Shown here piece by piece: positions 61,715 to 64,000 of a stretch of 64,000 nt of DNA. The position numbers were made by a program, and so were the translations under genes. This stretch comes from Diadema antillarum (lineage: Eukaryota). Location of the stretch: the NCBI RefSeq assembly GCF_040938485.1, contig NW_027270966.1:806001-870000 (forward strand). Direction: 5' to 3'. The notes beneath the pieces were generated by a model. The model was not told where the DNA came from. It made no database searches and saw only the letters and a list, made by a program, of their open reading frames with translations. How positions within the stretch are numbered: the stretch's first letter is position 1; each line of letters opens with the position of its first letter.

Positions 61715-61982
61715 TGTGTGTGTGTGTGTGTGTCTGTGTGTGTGTGTGTGTTAACCTTTCCCTCATCCCTCTGTTTCTGGGCGTGTGTGTCTCTTTCTGT
61801 CTCTCCCTCTCCCTCTGTATGTATTTCTGTCTGTCTCCTGTGTATGTGTAGATGTGCGTTTGTCTCTCCTTGTCTGTCTTGTTTCTCTCCCTGTGTGTGC
61901 GTTTGTGTGCGTGCTTTGTGTGTGTGCGTGTGTGCGTTCGTGTGTGTGTGTGTGAGAGAGTTTGTGTGTGTGTGTGTGTGTG
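61715..61982. repeat. Compound (TG)n/(TC)n low-complexity tract
   Basis: Direct reading; source of several spurious His/Thr- and Val/Cys-rich ORFs. Confidence 0.9.
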
Positions 61983-62216
61983 ACAAGAGGGGATAAGAGG
62001 GAACGGATTAAGATGGTTGACCTTGCCCTTTGTACACACACAGAAGTACGAACATATGCCACAGTAAAAACGGACGCAGTTCAACAAACCCGATGCTCCA
62101 AACGTGATCTTCTTTAGATTAACTTTCTAATGACAGCATTTTCGCCCCGTCACAGTATTCTTTTTTACTATCTGGAGAGTATACTCGCAGGTAGTGCTTC
62201 GAGAAATGTCACTTAC

Positions 62217-62277
62217 CGAGCTCCTTTGAGAAGTTAAAACAAAAACCCATGAAATTCCAACCAAAGAATTGAATACT
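62217..62277 (-). CDS. Candidate exon SIQFFGWNFMGFCFNFSKEL of the same minus-strand gene
   Basis: Strong acceptor tttttctttttacag| and donor CTCG|GTAAGT; 61 nt, open as phase 0-1 (also open as phase 2-0). Confidence 0.45.
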
Positions 62278-63647
62278 CTGTAAAAAGAAAAATGTATGAA
62301 AATCAAGTTCAAGAATCGAATGTAAAAATTCAATTTGAGTTGTAGAGAAAACAACGCACGCTAAAGTATACGTAAAACCGCAAAGCACGCGAACTTGTGA
62401 CCAAGAATTTTAAAGCACAAATCGATATTAGACCAATGCCCACTACGTATAGATGAAGTAGGATAATGAATGGATTGATAACTCAAATTTCATGAGCTTG
62501 ACACAGATCTTCCAAAGTATTTAAAATCTTCAGCACACTTTTTTTTTATTTGATTTTTTTTGGCCTGATGTTACCATCATTATGATGAAAGGTGGCCCCA
62601 GATTACACTTGAATAATCCAGTCGGTTCTATAATTTAAAATTTATTGTCTTTAATATTAACGCCTTTTTGGAGTTAAAAGCAGGGATGTCATCGCAAAAA
62701 GAAAATCGATAAGGAAAACGGTGCCTTTAAATGATAATTCTATTGTGGTTTGCATATTAAGGACGTACTGTCATTCTATGGTTGTTATGAATTACTTTGA
62801 CTATGTGCGTATTAGACATAATCGAGACCCAGTGATAGAAGGACGTGCAGAAAATGGGAGAAGGAAAGATATGATGCACCGAAGATACGAGTCTTGGCTT
62901 CTCCGTTGCCCTGAATAGCTGTCAGGAAGGACTGCAATCCAAAGCAATATACCCCCCCCCCCACCCTTGCCCCTCTCCCTCTCTGACTCGCTCTCCCCCT
63001 CCTTTACCGCAGTCTTGCCCGAGAAAGGGTACGAGTATCTAACACCGATGCGACGAGCCGCGACCCAGCTCAGCAGCCGCTAGGAGATTCCTGGAACGTG
63101 GGTGTCGGTACGTCACTTCGCCGGGTCGAACACCGTTGGCTGGGGATTGACAGATCGGAAGGTTGGTGTTTGCAGCACGTTGCAGCCAGCCGTCAGCCTC
63201 AAACAAGACCTCACGGTCGCTGAAGCAAGGAAATCACTTACGGCTATACGCGGGAGCGGGGAGCCCCCCACCAGATACTGTATTGTTTCGAGCTGACAAC
63301 ACAGTCATCATTCTGTACAACGAGTGTATGTATAGATAAACTATACAATCATACTTGTATAGCTAGGTGCTCTATTTAAGGAGCCCCTCCGTTTTTATCA
63401 TCTTTGCTTTTAAACATATTCCTTTCTACAGCATCATGGCGAAGATCTTGCGACAAAATTCCTAGAGATTCCGAACGCTCATCATCAATCAACCATCTTA
63501 ATAAAGATCCGTTTGCTTCCGCGTTGTTTTATGTAAAAATGGCTGTATCTAAACAGGCACGTCCTACGGACTGACATTCCTAAGATGTACTGAAAACACT
63601 CTTCTCTACGCCTAATCAGGACGAAAGCTGGCGATAACTACTCGATA

Positions 63648-64000
63648 TCACTTCACGTCGCACGCGGATGTTCGCCACAGCCACTGCACATTGGTGTAGG
63701 ATCCCAGCGTTTCTTCTGATCTCCTACGACTACTGCGATCTTGTCCAGGGGCTTCCTTAAGCACGCCATTTGGCGCTTGTCGCTCCCCGTGAAACGTGTT
63801 GCGGTACCCCCCGGTCCTCCTTCTAAGACCCGTTTGGATCCATGGTGCTCTCTTCTTCGACAATTCTTCGCTGACCCTGTCTGAACACGGTAAACTTGTT
63901 CGAAAGTTGAGCTGCCGATCGCTGCTGTTGGTTGGCACACTGTGGAAGCAGCCATGAAGGGGCCCCTGCCGCGGCTTATCATGTGGATAATACCTTGGAT
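63648..64000 (-). CDS. GC-rich coding-like segment truncated by the window edge; two frames open
   Basis: Two minus-strand frames run open from position 64000 to stops at ~63648 and ~63653; no recognisable domain; frame undecidable. Confidence 0.3.
   Translation of the reverse strand, partial: PRYYPHDKPRQGPLHGCFHSVPTNSSDRQLNFRTSLPCSDRVSEELSKKRAPWIQTGLRRRTGGYRNTFHGERQAPNGVLKEAPGQDRSSRRRSEETLGSYTNVQWLWRTSACDVK

Noticed and set aside
1511-62354. Most of the short 60-160-aa ORFs in the track
   Set aside because: They derive from microsatellites, N-runs, TE interiors (the recurring FTSCFLSHSSH peptide is the Sola family A interior) or antisense frames, and lack coding bias and splice support.
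63013-63083. Plus-strand terminal exon candidate LPEKGYEYLTPMRRAATQLSSR* with strong pyrimidine tract and later AATAAA
   Set aside because: No upstream plus-strand partner exon of matching phase found. The purine-rich opposite strand equally explains the tract, and it overlaps the minus-strand model. Unresolved.

Overview
Eukaryotic, AT-rich, intron-rich animal genomic DNA with four short N-gaps. The repeat types suggest an invertebrate deuterostome such as a sea urchin (inference only). I found no prokaryotic genes, rRNA, intact tRNA or CRISPR. The main feature is a 9-exon plus-strand gene at 7114-42397, assembled by hand from GT-AG sites with fully compatible intron phases (2535 nt, 844 aa). 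It encodes signal peptide - one divergent MAM-like domain - Pro/Ser/Thr mucin-like stalk - Cys-rich TM helix - ~505-aa Ser-rich, non-catalytic cytoplasmic tail with five YxxPhi motifs. The ORF track captures only fragments of it. A weaker chain of phase-compatible minus-strand exons at 53.2-62.3 kb suggests a second gene I cannot identify, and there are weak signs of a divergent transcript left of ~6.3 kb. The rest is dense in non-autonomous DNA transposons: Sola1-like (five copies, two families, perfect AWWT TSDs), Kolobok-like, piggyBac-like, Harbinger-like, EnSpm-like, an 8-bp-TSD MITE and a 2.3-kb long-inverted-repeat element. tRNA-derived SINE heads, retroelement relics and microsatellites are also present. 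No database search was run; all family assignments rest on visible motifs.
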